Below are positions 51,285 to 51,291 of a DNA stretch of 51,291 nucleotides, piece by piece. The stretch's first letter is position 1, and the number at the start of each line of letters is the position of its first letter. The translations under genes were made by a program, and so were the position numbers. The stretch is from a virus. The DNA lies in the IMG/VR virus record IMGVR_UViG_3300037424_000161, positions 1 to 51,291 of that record; one strand, 5' to 3'. The notes below the pieces were generated by a model. The model saw only the letters and a program-made list of their open reading frames with translations, was not told the origin of the DNA and searched no databases.

Positions 51285-51291
51285 AGTACAT
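51165..51291. repeat. Terminal direct repeat, right copy (identical to 1..127)
   Basis: Base-for-base identity with 1-127. Confidence 0.95.

Overview
The window is a complete tailed-phage genome. Bases 1-127 are identical to 51165-51291, so the unique circle is about 51,164 bp. No integrase, repressor module, tRNA, rRNA, CRISPR array or recognisable RNA polymerase was found.

Genes form two arms. They diverge at a non-coding control region (128-543) and converge at about 30.26 kb.

- Rightward arm (0.5-30.3 kb): an HTH protein, small membrane (lysis-like) proteins, a G+C-rich two-gene island, and a glycosyltransferase plus methyltransferase cassette. These are followed by large terminase, four accessory structural genes rich in Pro-Thr-Thr repeats, portal, a scaffold-like gene, and a major capsid gene interrupted by an 856-nt LAGLIDADG-encoding intervening sequence. 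Tail genes and internal/ejection proteins follow, including a ~2191-aa giant protein. The order is podovirus-like.
- Leftward arm (51.3 to 30.25 kb): many small early genes behind near-consensus sigma70-type promoters, and a G+C-rich DUF550/coiled-coil operon. Then come ATP-dependent DNA ligase, a HIRAN protein, a Cas4-like PD-(D/E)XK exonuclease, a Sak4-like ATPase, an SSB-like protein, and a UDP-sulfoquinovose-synthase (SQD1/SqdB) homologue. The arm ends with a ParB-DNA methyltransferase fusion, a UDG-domain-fused family A DNA polymerase, MazG, and a P-loop helicase-like protein.

Main hunt results:

1. A candidate virion O-glycosylation system. It comprises a GT-A glycosyltransferase with DxH and WGGxDL motifs like polypeptide GalNAc-transferases, a SAM methyltransferase, and the SQD1 homologue. 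The proposed acceptors are mucin-like A/P-P-T-T repeat tags on at least seven structural proteins, including the capsid C-terminus.
2. A 25-bp palindrome (AGTTCGTTYAAAWTTTGAACGAACT) present 19 times, mostly just 5' of ribosome-binding sites on both arms.
3. A probable group I intron with a homing endonuclease in the capsid gene.
4. G+C-rich islands, paralogous early genes, and a ~530-nt repeat-rich non-coding region.

Functional calls rest on motifs read by eye and recalled family signatures. No database search was run.
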